A stretch of DNA of 34,764 bases from a virus (Duplodnaviria > Heunggongvirae > Uroviricota > Caudoviricetes), in the IMG/VR virus record IMGVR_UViG_2671180568_000001; one strand, written 5' to 3'. This document shows, in pieces, positions 18,474 through 27,555 of this stretch (position 1 is its first letter; each line of letters starts with the position of its first letter). Position numbers and translations under genes: made by a program. A model generated the notes under the pieces. That model made no database searches. It saw only the letters and a program-made list of their open reading frames with translations, and had not been told where the DNA came from.

Positions 18474-18667
18474 AAATTCACGGTCTCCGATACCGGTGCG
18501 GTGTCAACTTCAGGCAGACTGACCGCCGTGCCATGTGGCAGGACGACGCCCAGCTCGGCGAGTCCCGGATTAGCCAGCAATACCGCCTCGACCACACCTT
18601 CAGTGCGCCCGTAATGGCGCTGACATAACGTGTCGAGCGTGTCGCCCTGATGCGCGAAGATGTTCAT
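18464..18667 (-). CDS. X: tail protein X
   Basis: 67-aa ORF between L and the holin, same size and position as P2 gpX. Confidence 0.8.
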   Translation of the reverse strand: MNIFAHQGDTLDTLCQRHYGRTEGVVEAVLLANPGLAELGVVLPHGTAVSLPEVDTAPVSETVNLWD

Positions 18668-19167
18668 CAGATTTGCCCCACGATGCAGCGCGCTTTGTCC
18701 TGGATACGGGCAACCGACCAGCGCATGTCACGCCACATTTCATCGATGGTGTCATCGATGCTGTCGGCCTTTTTGTCACCTTTGGCGCTCGCATCAACGC
18801 CCCGGTAACGCTCGTACAGCGTCGCGGTCGTCATCGAGCAAACAGCGTTGAAGTAGTGAAAAACCCGCACACTTTCGCCGTCGAGTTCATCCGTCGGCAC
18901 ATCCTCAAGTCGCGCGTAACCGGCGGCGAGCTGAAGGTCGCGCCAGTCGGTTAACTCGGCGTTGGTCTCCGCCATCGCGGTTTTAATCGCCCGGCGCAGA
19001 CGCACCGGCGTCACGGTCTGCTCGAGGCGCATTTCTTCGCGCATGCGCTTCGGATCAACATCCGGGAAAAAGGCCGTGTTTTTAATCACCGGCTCGTCAA
19101 CCGGCACCGGCGGGATGACCATCGGGTCGCGCTGTTGCGCCGGGTTATTCATCACAATCATGGTCAT
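18667..19167 (-). CDS. L: head completion/stabilisation protein L
   Basis: 166-aa ORF downstream of M. Confidence 0.85.
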   Translation of the reverse strand: MTMIVMNNPAQQRDPMVIPPVPVDEPVIKNTAFFPDVDPKRMREEMRLEQTVTPVRLRRAIKTAMAETNAELTDWRDLQLAAGYARLEDVPTDELDGESVRVFHYFNAVCSMTTATLYERYRGVDASAKGDKKADSIDDTIDEMWRDMRWSVARIQDKARCIVGQI

Positions 19168-19264
19168 GAGTACCTCAGTAAATAGGTGGGCGGTGGACGC
19201 CGGTCGCAGTTACGGTGAATCACCGACATTGACCAGCGTGCCGCCCGGCGCGGGGCGCGTTCTG

Positions 19265-20023
19265 TTAACCGGTGACTTTCTTCGGGCGTCCCCGCCCTCG
19301 TTTCACCGGTGAATCTTGTTTTTTCGCGGGTGCCTTTTTCGCGGCTTTCGGCGCCGTTTTTTTGACGACGACCGGTTTCGGGTTCAGCTCACGAGTGAGG
19401 GTCTCAATGTCCTTTCTTACCCCGGCGTTGGTGTCGAGCTGTAAGGCGCGTTGCAGGTGCGCCAGTGCATCAGGAAGCTGACCGGCATCACGCAGGGTCA
19501 GACCGGTGACCTTATGCAGTCGGGCGCGCACTTCGTCAGGCATATCGGCGGCATCGGTCAGCCCGATGACCTCGAGCAGTTGCGAAGCGTCGACCGGCTC
19601 ACCGGCGATACGGGCGCGGAGAGCCGCGAGCGCGACCTCTTCGGCCAGCATATAAGGCGCGGGGCGGGAATGATTTTCCGGCATAGACAGGTCAAAACGC
19701 AGGGCATAGCGCGCAATCTCGACAGCGCCGGTGATATCCCCCGCATCCAGACGCCAGAGCATCACCGTCATCAGAATGTCATCCTGTGCGCCGGTGCCGC
19801 TTTCCAGTACGCCAGCGACCCACGGCAGGTACAGCGGGAGTAATTCGCGTTTTTTATCCGCTTTGCGTTCTTTAGAACGAATCGCTGATAGCGTCCGGCG
19901 GTCTGCGGCCAGCTTGACGAGCATTTGCTCGTAAGGTGAGGCATGACGCAGCGGGGCATTGTCCCGCTGCGATGCCCTGACAGCCGAGACCCGCATCGCG
20001 TGACGCTGTGCGGGGGTTGCCAT
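19265..20023 (-). CDS. M: terminase endonuclease (small) subunit M
   Basis: 252-aa ORF downstream of N, P2 gpM-like. Confidence 0.9.
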   Translation of the reverse strand: MATPAQRHAMRVSAVRASQRDNAPLRHASPYEQMLVKLAADRRTLSAIRSKERKADKKRELLPLYLPWVAGVLESGTGAQDDILMTVMLWRLDAGDITGAVEIARYALRFDLSMPENHSRPAPYMLAEEVALAALRARIAGEPVDASQLLEVIGLTDAADMPDEVRARLHKVTGLTLRDAGQLPDALAHLQRALQLDTNAGVRKDIETLTRELNPKPVVVKKTAPKAAKKAPAKKQDSPVKRGRGRPKKVTG

Positions 20024-20026
20024 CGG

Positions 20027-21232
20027 TTACGCCTCCACGCCGTCAGTGGTGCCGGTTTCAGCCGGGGAAGTTTCGCCGTCAGCGACAGGCGCGCTGGCCG
20101 GAGCGGTGCCGGTCAGAGACTGCATTGCCTTGACCATCTCAGCAGCAAATACCGCCGCGCTGACCGGTTCGGTGGTGGCGGTTTCTTCCTGCTCGAGAAT
20201 TTCGATATTCTCAATCAGGCAACCGGCCTCGTAGTCTTCGATAACAAAATCGACTTTTACCTGCTCGTAGTTCTCCACCTGATCCAGTTTCGGATTCTCG
20301 ACGATGTGGCGGCGGTGGCCGTCTTCGTACAGATAGATTGAAATGTTATCCAGCGTGGTGATGAAAACGCTGTTTGCCGGGAAGAACGGCGCGCGCACCG
20401 CCTGAAGCTGACCGATGGTTTTCTGGCTGATAATCAGCTCACCGGCGAGCTGTTCGCTGTTCGCCTGGAATTTGTTAATCATCGGGAAGTATTTGTCGGT
20501 CAGGATACGGCGACCACAGATAACGACCATTTCCGGGTTTTCACGGTGAATTTCCGCGACCAGCGACTCGAAAGCATCCATGACCATCGCGTCGAGGTTG
20601 GCGTAATGACCACCCTTATCTTTTGAGCCGATTTTGATGGTGTCGGAAATCACTTTTCCGTCATCATCGGTAATGCAGGACATTACGCGCTCGGGCGCAT
20701 CGTTGCGGTATTTCTGCAACCAGCCGACAGCCACGTCCTGAAGCAGCGGATTCTGAGCACGGTCAGAAGTCGCCGCCCGGCTCACGCCGTTAAAGCCGAT
20801 AGTGATGTAATCCAGCGCCTGACGCTTGATGATGGCGTTACGGATTCGGATTTGGAAATCCTGAAAACGCGCCCACAGGTCGAGTTTGTTGTACTTCAGG
20901 TGATAGTCGAAGTTCACCGGGTGGCAGAAATAGCGATATGCATCGAGCTTCGCGAAATCAGCGGTTTTACGCTCGACACCTCCGTCGGTGTCAGCGGTGC
21001 TGGCAATGGAGCCGGTCACATCGATGCCGACTTTCTCTTCGGTCAGCTCGGAAACGGTCACCATGTTGATGAGCTTCAGGAAGCTGGACGACTGCTGAAT
21101 TTTGTCAAACAGGGTCTGAGTGACCGACGGCTCGACAGTGAATTTTTTGTCGAGGTCGCTGGCCTCGATGCCGTTCAGTTCGGCGATACGGCTCAGATAT
21201 TTATTGAATTGAAAACGGGTTTCTTTACGCAT
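20027..21232 (-). CDS. N: major capsid protein N, with an Ala/Thr/Pro/Glu-rich C-terminal tail
   Basis: 401-aa ORF; body P2 gpN-like; last ~45 aa low-complexity. Confidence 0.9.
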   Translation of the reverse strand: MRKETRFQFNKYLSRIAELNGIEASDLDKKFTVEPSVTQTLFDKIQQSSSFLKLINMVTVSELTEEKVGIDVTGSIASTADTDGGVERKTADFAKLDAYRYFCHPVNFDYHLKYNKLDLWARFQDFQIRIRNAIIKRQALDYITIGFNGVSRAATSDRAQNPLLQDVAVGWLQKYRNDAPERVMSCITDDDGKVISDTIKIGSKDKGGHYANLDAMVMDAFESLVAEIHRENPEMVVICGRRILTDKYFPMINKFQANSEQLAGELIISQKTIGQLQAVRAPFFPANSVFITTLDNISIYLYEDGHRRHIVENPKLDQVENYEQVKVDFVIEDYEAGCLIENIEILEQEETATTEPVSAAVFAAEMVKAMQSLTGTAPASAPVADGETSPAETGTTDGVEA

Positions 21233-21263
21233 GGGTTATGTGTTCCTTCGGGTTTATCAGGGG

Positions 21264-22127
21264 TTAGCAGTCGGTCAGCGTGGAGCCCGCCGAATCACCG
21301 TCGCCACCGGCGCTTAACTTGCGGCGCGGTTGCGTTTTGTCTTCGGTGTTTTCCAGCGTGTTTTTGATGGTGCTGAATTGCTGCGTGGTGGCTGCGGCCT
21401 GTTCGTTCAGCGCTTTTTTGACGGTAGCGACATCACTTTCAAGCTGGCTGAAACGCACCTCAGCGCTTTCGCCGCCGGTCTGCACCTGCACGGCGATGGC
21501 GGTCACGGCTTCGTGCACGTCACCGAATCGCGCATCGTCGTCAGCCTGTTTACGGCTGAAGATGCCTTTCACGGTGTCGCTGATTTTGGTCAGCAGGTTG
21601 TCGGGCAGGTCTTCGAATTCCAGCTCGGCAAGGGTTGCCACTGAGAACAGGTCGCCCGGCTGGTCTTTCTTACCGGCCAGTGGGTTTTGTTGTACGCGGG
21701 AGCAGAATTGCAGGTATTCGGTACCGAGGCTTGCCGGGTCATCGGTTACCGCCAGCCCGATGAGGTGACATTTGCCGGTATTGGCAAAGTTCGGGCGAAT
21801 TTCCATCGAGGTGTAAACCTTCTGGCCTTTCGCCAGCATCGCGAGCAGGTTGTCGAGCGGGGCAATTTTGCCGAACAGCGCCAGCTTGCCGTTGAGTGCC
21901 GAGTCGTCGTCGATCACTTGCGCTTTCACTTCCGTGACATCGCCATAGCGGCAAAACGGGCTGTCGGGAATAACGCTGCGGATATGCTCGAGGTTAATGC
22001 GACAGCCGTAGACGCGCGGGTCAAAGCCGTCGGCCATGTCCTGAATATCGGTCGCACTGATGACGCGACCGTCGCAGGTGTCACCCTCGACGCCGATGCG
22101 AAACCATTTCGAATTTTTTTTAGCCAT
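21264..22127 (-). CDS. O: capsid scaffolding protein O
   Basis: 287-aa ORF MAKKNSKWFRIGVEGDTCDGRVISATDIQDMADGFDP..., P2 gpO-like. Confidence 0.9.
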   Translation of the reverse strand: MAKKNSKWFRIGVEGDTCDGRVISATDIQDMADGFDPRVYGCRINLEHIRSVIPDSPFCRYGDVTEVKAQVIDDDSALNGKLALFGKIAPLDNLLAMLAKGQKVYTSMEIRPNFANTGKCHLIGLAVTDDPASLGTEYLQFCSRVQQNPLAGKKDQPGDLFSVATLAELEFEDLPDNLLTKISDTVKGIFSRKQADDDARFGDVHEAVTAIAVQVQTGGESAEVRFSQLESDVATVKKALNEQAAATTQQFSTIKNTLENTEDKTQPRRKLSAGGDGDSAGSTLTDC

Positions 22128-22291
22128 GAGTCAGGTGTCCTGAGTTGGGTTATCGGGTCGGTTGTAGTTTCCCGACTCAGCCGCTCACCAGCCACCGGTT
22201 ACAGAAGTGCAACCCCTGACACAACAGGGGGTTAGCGATTCATCCCCCCTGAATCTTTAGCCTTGCCGTGTACTCATCACGGCGAGGTTTT

Positions 22292-24061
22292 ATGACCACT
22301 ACAACCGACACATCACTACTCAACGATCCGCGACGACAGGCCGCGCTTTTGTTCTGGCAGGGCTATTCCGTGCCACAAATCGCGGAACAGTTGCAGGTCA
22401 AGCGCCCCACGGTGCAGAGCTGGAAGCAGCGCGATAAATGGGAAAAAACCGCACCGTTAAACCGGGTCGAGTTCACGCTCGAGGCTCGGCTGATTCAGCT
22501 CTATGCAAAGCCTGACCTGACGGCTCATGACTTTAAGGTCGCGGATTTTCTGGCGCGCCAGATGGAACGCCTCGCGCGGGTCAGTCGTTACGGTCAGACA
22601 GGTAACGCAGCGGATTTAAACCCGAACGTGGCCAACCGCAACAAAGGGGAAAAGAAGAAGCCGAAAAAGAACTTTTTCAGCGAAGAGGCTATCGACAAGC
22701 TCGAAGAGATTTTCCTCGACCAGTCTTTCGACTATCAGCTCGAGTGGTGGCGCGCGGGGCTGGCGCACCGTATCAGGCACATCCTGAAATCACGACAGAT
22801 TGGAGCGACATTCTACTTTGCGCGAGAGGCGCTGTTACAGGCGCTGAAGACCGGCCACAACCAGATATTTTTATCGGCCAGTAAGACACAGGCCTATGTA
22901 TTTCGAAAATACATCATCGCCTTTGCCCGACTGGCTGGCGTCGAGCTCACCGGCGACCCGATTGTGCTCGGCAACAATGGCGCGGAGCTGATGTTTCTCG
23001 GCACCAATGCCAACACGGCGCAGAGCCACAACGGCGACCTGTATGTCGATGAAATTTTCTGGATCCCCAACTTCCAGAAGCTGAAGCGCGTTGCCGGTGG
23101 CATGTCTTCACAGGAGCATTTGCGCACGACCTATTTTTCGACCCCCTCATCGCTGGCGCACGGTGCCTATCCGTTCTGGTCGGGTGAGCAGTTCAACAAG
23201 GGACGCTCAGACAAGAGCGAGCGCGTCGATATCGATATCAGTCACGCAGCACTCGCGAAGGGTGTCGCTTGCCCGGACGGCCAGTGGCGGCAGATTGTCA
23301 CCATCGAGGACGCACTCGCTAAAGGGTGCACACTGTTTAACATCGACACGCTGAAGCGCGAGAACAGCGTCGATGAGTTCCGTAATCTGTTTATGTGCGA
23401 GTTCGTCGACGATAAAGCGTCGGTATTCCCGTTCGAAGAGCTGCAACGCTGCATGGTCGACAGCCTCGAGAAATGGGAGGACTACACGCCATTTGCCGAC
23501 CGGCCTTTCGGTCACCGCCCGGTGTGGATTGGTTACGACCCGTCATTACGCGGCGACAGCGCCGGGTGCGTCGTCATCGCGCCGCCAGTCGTCGCCGGTG
23601 GACGATTCCGAATCCTCGAGCGCCATCAGTGGAAAGGGATGGATTTTGCTCAACAGGCCGAATCCATTCGCGAGCTCACGCAGAAATATACCGTCGAATA
23701 CATCGGCATCGATGCGACCGGGCTCGGACAGGGCGTTTTCCAGTTAGTGCGCTCATTCTACCCGGCAGCGCGTGAAATCCGCTACACGCCGGAAATGAAA
23801 ACCGCAATGGTGCTGAAAGCCAAAGACACCATTCGCCGCGGTTGCCTCGAGTACGACGTCAGCGCGACCGATATCACGCAGTCGTTTATGTCTATCCGCA
23901 AAACCATGACCAGCAGCGGGCGCAGCTCGACCTATGAGGCCAGCCGCACCGAGGAAGCCAGTCACGCCGATCTCGCGTGGGCAACCATGCACGTATTAAT
24001 CAATGAGCCGCTGACCGCCGCGACCGGCGAACAGTCATCCAGTATTATGGAGTGGAACTAA
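22292..24061 (+). CDS. P: terminase ATPase (large) subunit P
   Basis: Start chosen at ATG 22292 (MTTTTDTSLLNDP...); the ORF-track GTG at 22268 is rejected; divergent from O as in P2. Confidence 0.9.
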   Translation: MTTTTDTSLLNDPRRQAALLFWQGYSVPQIAEQLQVKRPTVQSWKQRDKWEKTAPLNRVEFTLEARLIQLYAKPDLTAHDFKVADFLARQMERLARVSRYGQTGNAADLNPNVANRNKGEKKKPKKNFFSEEAIDKLEEIFLDQSFDYQLEWWRAGLAHRIRHILKSRQIGATFYFAREALLQALKTGHNQIFLSASKTQAYVFRKYIIAFARLAGVELTGDPIVLGNNGAELMFLGTNANTAQSHNGDLYVDEIFWIPNFQKLKRVAGGMSSQEHLRTTYFSTPSSLAHGAYPFWSGEQFNKGRSDKSERVDIDISHAALAKGVACPDGQWRQIVTIEDALAKGCTLFNIDTLKRENSVDEFRNLFMCEFVDDKASVFPFEELQRCMVDSLEKWEDYTPFADRPFGHRPVWIGYDPSLRGDSAGCVVIAPPVVAGGRFRILERHQWKGMDFAQQAESIRELTQKYTVEYIGIDATGLGQGVFQLVRSFYPAAREIRYTPEMKTAMVLKAKDTIRRGCLEYDVSATDITQSFMSIRKTMTSSGRSSTYEASRTEEASHADLAWATMHVLINEPLTAATGEQSSSIMEWN

Positions 24062-25089
24062 TGAGCAAGAATCGCAACAACAAGCGACAGCAGCCGCGCC
24101 CCCAAAGTCACACCGCCGCATCGGCACAGAGCATGGAGGCATTCACCTTTGGCGAGCCGACGCCGGTACTCGATCGCCGCGACATTCTCGATTATGTGGA
24201 GTGCATCGACAACGGCCAATGGTATGAGCCGCCGGTGAGCTTCTCCGGGCTGGTGAAGAGCATGCGCGCCGCCGTTCATCACAGCTCACCGATTTACGTG
24301 AAGCGTAATATTCTGGTGTCGACCTACATCCCGCACCCGCTGTTATCGCGTCAGGATTTCAGCCGGTTCGTGCTCGATTATCTGGTATTTGGCAACGCCT
24401 TTCTCGAAGAGCGTCGCGGTCTGACTGGCAAGCCGCTAAAGCTGGAGACCTCACCGGCCAAATATACCCGTCGTGGCGTTGATGATGACGTGTACTGGTA
24501 TATCCAGTCCTACACGCAACCGCACCAGTTTTCGCCCGGTTCCGTCTTCCACCTGCTTGAGCCTGATATTAATCAGGAGCTGTACGGGATGCCGGAATAC
24601 CTGAGCGCACTCAATTCAGCCTGGCTGAATGAGTCAGCGACACTGTTTCGTCGCAAGTATTACCAGAACGGCGCGCACGCAGGGTACATCATGTATGTGA
24701 CCGATGCCGCTCAGAACAGCACTGACGTCGAAGCGTTGCGAAAGGCGATGCGCGACTCGAAAGGGCTCGGCAATTTTAAGAATCTGTTTTTCTACGCACC
24801 GCACGGTAAACCGGATGGGATTAAAATTGTGCCGCTGAGCGAAGTCGCGACGAAGGATGATTTTTTTAATATCAAGAAAGTCAGCGCCGCTGACCTGCTC
24901 GACGCGCACCGCATCCCGTTCCAGTTGATGGGCGGCAAGCCTGAGAACGTCGGCTCAGTGGGCGATATTGAGAAAGTGGCAAAAGTATTTGTTCGCAATG
25001 AATTAACTCCATTGCAAGATAGGATTCGTGAATTAAATCATTGGTTTGGTGATAATTTAATTAAGTTCAAGCCGTATACCTTTGATTAA
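24061..25089 (+). CDS. Q: portal protein Q
   Basis: Start chosen at ATG 24061 (MSKNRNNKRQQ...), overlapping the P stop; the ORF track begins at GTG 24052. Confidence 0.9.
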   Translation: MSKNRNNKRQQPRPQSHTAASAQSMEAFTFGEPTPVLDRRDILDYVECIDNGQWYEPPVSFSGLVKSMRAAVHHSSPIYVKRNILVSTYIPHPLLSRQDFSRFVLDYLVFGNAFLEERRGLTGKPLKLETSPAKYTRRGVDDDVYWYIQSYTQPHQFSPGSVFHLLEPDINQELYGMPEYLSALNSAWLNESATLFRRKYYQNGAHAGYIMYVTDAAQNSTDVEALRKAMRDSKGLGNFKNLFFYAPHGKPDGIKIVPLSEVATKDDFFNIKKVSAADLLDAHRIPFQLMGGKPENVGSVGDIEKVAKVFVRNELTPLQDRIRELNHWFGDNLIKFKPYTFD

Positions 25090-25098
25090 GTATGAATG

Positions 25099-25136
25099 CA
25101 AAAAATCCAGAGTCCATTATAATAATGACTCTGGAT
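25099..25136. terminator. 10-bp stem hairpin ATCCAGAGTC / GACTCTGGAT with U-tract on the minus-strand transcript; terminator for the cargo pair, possibly bidirectional with Q
   Basis: Perfect inverted repeat 25105..25114 and 25127..25136, 12-nt loop; plus-strand caaaaaa at 25099..25105 gives UUUUUUG after the hairpin on the minus strand. Confidence 0.5.
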
Positions 25137-25145
25137 GAAAATGTT

Positions 25146-25832
25146 TTATTGCTTATCTTGTGGTGGTGGAACCTCTTTTTCTAAATTATCTACATACTCT
25201 CTAATATTGAATGCTTTGTTTTTCCTTATTTCGGTAGTGTTAACCTTACTAACACCATCACGAATGTTTTTATTTATGGTGTCTATTAATTTTTGTCTTT
25301 CTTGTTCTGTTTTTATTATTTCACTTAAGAATGACTTTGCGTTTCTTGAAATGTCCGTCTGTCTATTAATGAATAGTATCGCATACACTGAAAAAACCAA
25401 GCAAGTAGTCGTTAGTGCGGAATTAAAAAATACCCCATAATAAACATTAACTTTTGTTATTGACGCTGATAACGTTAGTGATATCAAAAAAAACAAAATC
25501 AGGGTAAAAATATATGCAATGGTTACTTTGTTTTTAGTGGTGTCAAGAATGTATGAAGTTCTTTGATCATCAAAGTAATCCTTTATCCTTGATGGAGTGT
25601 TTGCGGGGAGTTCTAACTCCTTTATTTTATCATCAGCATCAATTAGTCGCTTAAACATGAGGCTAATGATTACGGCGCTAAAGACAGAGATCCCCTTTGA
25701 AATTATAGGATCGAAATCAATTAAAAATGAGTATTTTGAATAAACAAAAACAATAACAAAACCACATATAAGCCCAATTACAATTGAGCTTGCTATGTTT
25801 TTTGCATATGTTTGTAACGTATTGTTTATCAT
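25146..25832 (-). CDS. cargo membrane protein (four predicted TM helices plus charged C-terminal tail); candidate effector of a two-gene module
   Basis: AT-rich 228-aa ORF with four hydrophobic ~20-aa segments; start ATG overlaps the upstream gene stop (ATGA). Confidence 0.7.
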   Translation of the reverse strand: MINNTLQTYAKNIASSIVIGLICGFVIVFVYSKYSFLIDFDPIISKGISVFSAVIISLMFKRLIDADDKIKELELPANTPSRIKDYFDDQRTSYILDTTKNKVTIAYIFTLILFFLISLTLSASITKVNVYYGVFFNSALTTTCLVFSVYAILFINRQTDISRNAKSFLSEIIKTEQERQKLIDTINKNIRDGVSKVNTTEIRKNKAFNIREYVDNLEKEVPPPQDKQ

Positions 25833-26812
25833 GGGTTAATTACTCCGGTGTCTAGTAAGCGCAATAACCATGAAATCATTTCTTCAGCAACGTTGTCAGC
25901 AATTAGCATTCCATTGCTGTATTCAATATTAACTGAATCCTTTAGTTGAATCTCATCATTCCTGAGTATTCCTGCACCTTTTAACTCAATTGTTAAGCTT
26001 TCATCTCTATTATCAACCAAGCCTTGTGTAATTTTACGCAACATGTCTTGCTCAGACTCGCTTGCTTTATATTTATACCCAATGGAAATATCAATTGATA
26101 GAGATTCCCTGTCAGGTGAACCATCATTTAAAATGGCATTTTTCTTCATTTCATTAATTCGATGTTCACCTACGAGCGTTTTTAATAGCTCACTAGCTGT
26201 ATCATCAATATTATTTCCATAGTAGGTTAAAGGCAGCTTTAAGCTAACATTTTTTACTATGTTACGTTTTAAAAAATCCGTATTTAGAGACAGGTTGTTT
26301 GCCTGTAAAACGATGAAGTTATCATCAGTAATAGATAGGTTGTCTTGTAGTATGAAATTTATATAATTTTCAATATCTTTTATTCTAATAGATCTGCTTT
26401 GCAGAATTATGAAGTGGTTCTTAATCACACCAATGTATGCAATGCTTTCTAAATACTCTCTAGCATTCCCACTTGATAAATTTAATGTCTCGTATGTTAA
26501 AGCTGTTTTAGCATAATCGCTAACAGAGAAAACAGGAATGCTACTACCCGGTTCAATATAGACAATTTCCGCAAAAAACATTCCATGAATTTCTTTGCTA
26601 TTTGAAAGAACCATGTGGGCGTGAGCAGCGACATTACCATTATTATCTGGAACATCAGGGAAGAATAATCTATCAGCAACATTTGGAACCTTGATTTTCA
26701 CAAGGTTTGCCAACCTATCTTGCAGGTTTGATGTTAAAAGAGCATCCTTTTTAGGAAGCATTATTGCATGGCGATAATGCAGCATTTTACTCTTATAATC
26801 TTGCGTTGCCAT
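25829..26812 (-). CDS. cargo soluble protein, uncharacterised; candidate sensor partner of the membrane protein
   Basis: AT-rich 327-aa ORF with no TM segments; AGAGGGA RBS before ATG at 26812; no motif recognised by eye. Confidence 0.7.
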   Translation of the reverse strand: MATQDYKSKMLHYRHAIMLPKKDALLTSNLQDRLANLVKIKVPNVADRLFFPDVPDNNGNVAAHAHMVLSNSKEIHGMFFAEIVYIEPGSSIPVFSVSDYAKTALTYETLNLSSGNAREYLESIAYIGVIKNHFIILQSRSIRIKDIENYINFILQDNLSITDDNFIVLQANNLSLNTDFLKRNIVKNVSLKLPLTYYGNNIDDTASELLKTLVGEHRINEMKKNAILNDGSPDRESLSIDISIGYKYKASESEQDMLRKITQGLVDNRDESLTIELKGAGILRNDEIQLKDSVNIEYSNGMLIADNVAEEMISWLLRLLDTGVINP

Positions 26813-26883
26813 AGAATCCCTCTTGCTATGAATATGTTATACACGGAGCGAAGCAATTATGTATTGTATTGCTCTGGCGCGCA

Positions 26884-26902
26884 ATGCTATCCCCGCCACG
26901 CC
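26884..26902 (-). other. cos cohesive-end sequence (minus strand GGCGTGGCGGGGATAGCAT)
   Basis: Matches 18 of 19 nt of the phage 186 cohesive end as I recall it (GGCGTGGCGGGGAAAGCAT); lies in the A-to-Q non-coding region where P2-like phages carry cos. Confidence 0.6.
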
Positions 26903-27183
26903 TGCCCGCTTTATGGGGCGGTTTTAATGCAGTTGCATGACCACTCTGGATACGCGCCAGCTGTGGCGGCACACGGCTAGAACGTGCAACCCATGTCGCA
27001 TGCAAAATCATGCGCCTGATGCATGCACAGCTAAAAAACGGGAAATTCGTGGAAAAATGGCATAAAAAACGACTTTGAAAGTGCCGGCCATGGTCAGATT
27101 TTCAAGGGCAGGCTAACGCCTCGCGCGGCTCGTTGTTCAAACCCGCTGACGCCAAAATCTAGTTTTTGCATCAGCGCGTTTAC

Positions 27184-27366
27184 CTATTCAGCCTTATAGA
27201 AAATTTCGTCTTTTTCTTCGTCGCTTTCGCTGTTAGCTAGGCCGGCAATCAGAGTTAGTGCCAGCTTCAAATCTGCCGGTTTGCAGTTGGCAATAAGAGA
27301 TATCTCGGCGATAAATTGCACACAAGCCCACTTTTGCTGCGTTCGGCTGAAATGTTTCCCAACCAT
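27184..27366 (-). CDS. small hypothetical protein directly downstream of a LexA box; occupies the position of the 186 SOS-inducible tum gene
   Basis: 60-aa ORF with GGGAGGG RBS; LexA box 20 nt upstream. Function not recognisable from sequence. Confidence 0.4.
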   Translation of the reverse strand: MVGKHFSRTQQKWACVQFIAEISLIANCKPADLKLALTLIAGLANSESDEEKDEIFYKAE

Positions 27367-27386
27367 GAAATCCCTCCCAATAGGAT

Positions 27387-27406
27387 TACTGTGTATTTAT
27401 ACAGTA
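27387..27406 (-). promoter_or_regulatory. LexA (SOS) box TACTGTGTATTTATACAGTA
   Basis: Perfect CTGT-N8-ACAG dyad with flanking TA/TA, immediately upstream of the 27366 start codon. Confidence 0.7.
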
Positions 27407-27555
27407 TAACGTATTGGCAAAAGATGGGAAGAGAAAAAGTGAATCGGGTAGGTGTTGTATGTACATGATATGGATGTAAATTAATCACCTGTGAGTTTTG
27501 ATGTTTCTGCCAGCACCGCAACACGATTAAGGATTTCCCTAGGCTTTGCCTGAAG

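Noticed and set aside
22211-22233. Hairpin AACCCCTG-acacaa-CAGGGGGTT in the O/P divergent region
   Set aside because: No U-tract on either strand, and I could not match a TGT-N12-ACA Ogr-type activator site with confidence; left unannotated.
26768-27011. ORFs of 61-70 aa on both strands across the cos region
   Set aside because: GC-rich non-coding cos region; frames overlap the cohesive-end sequence and lack RBS.
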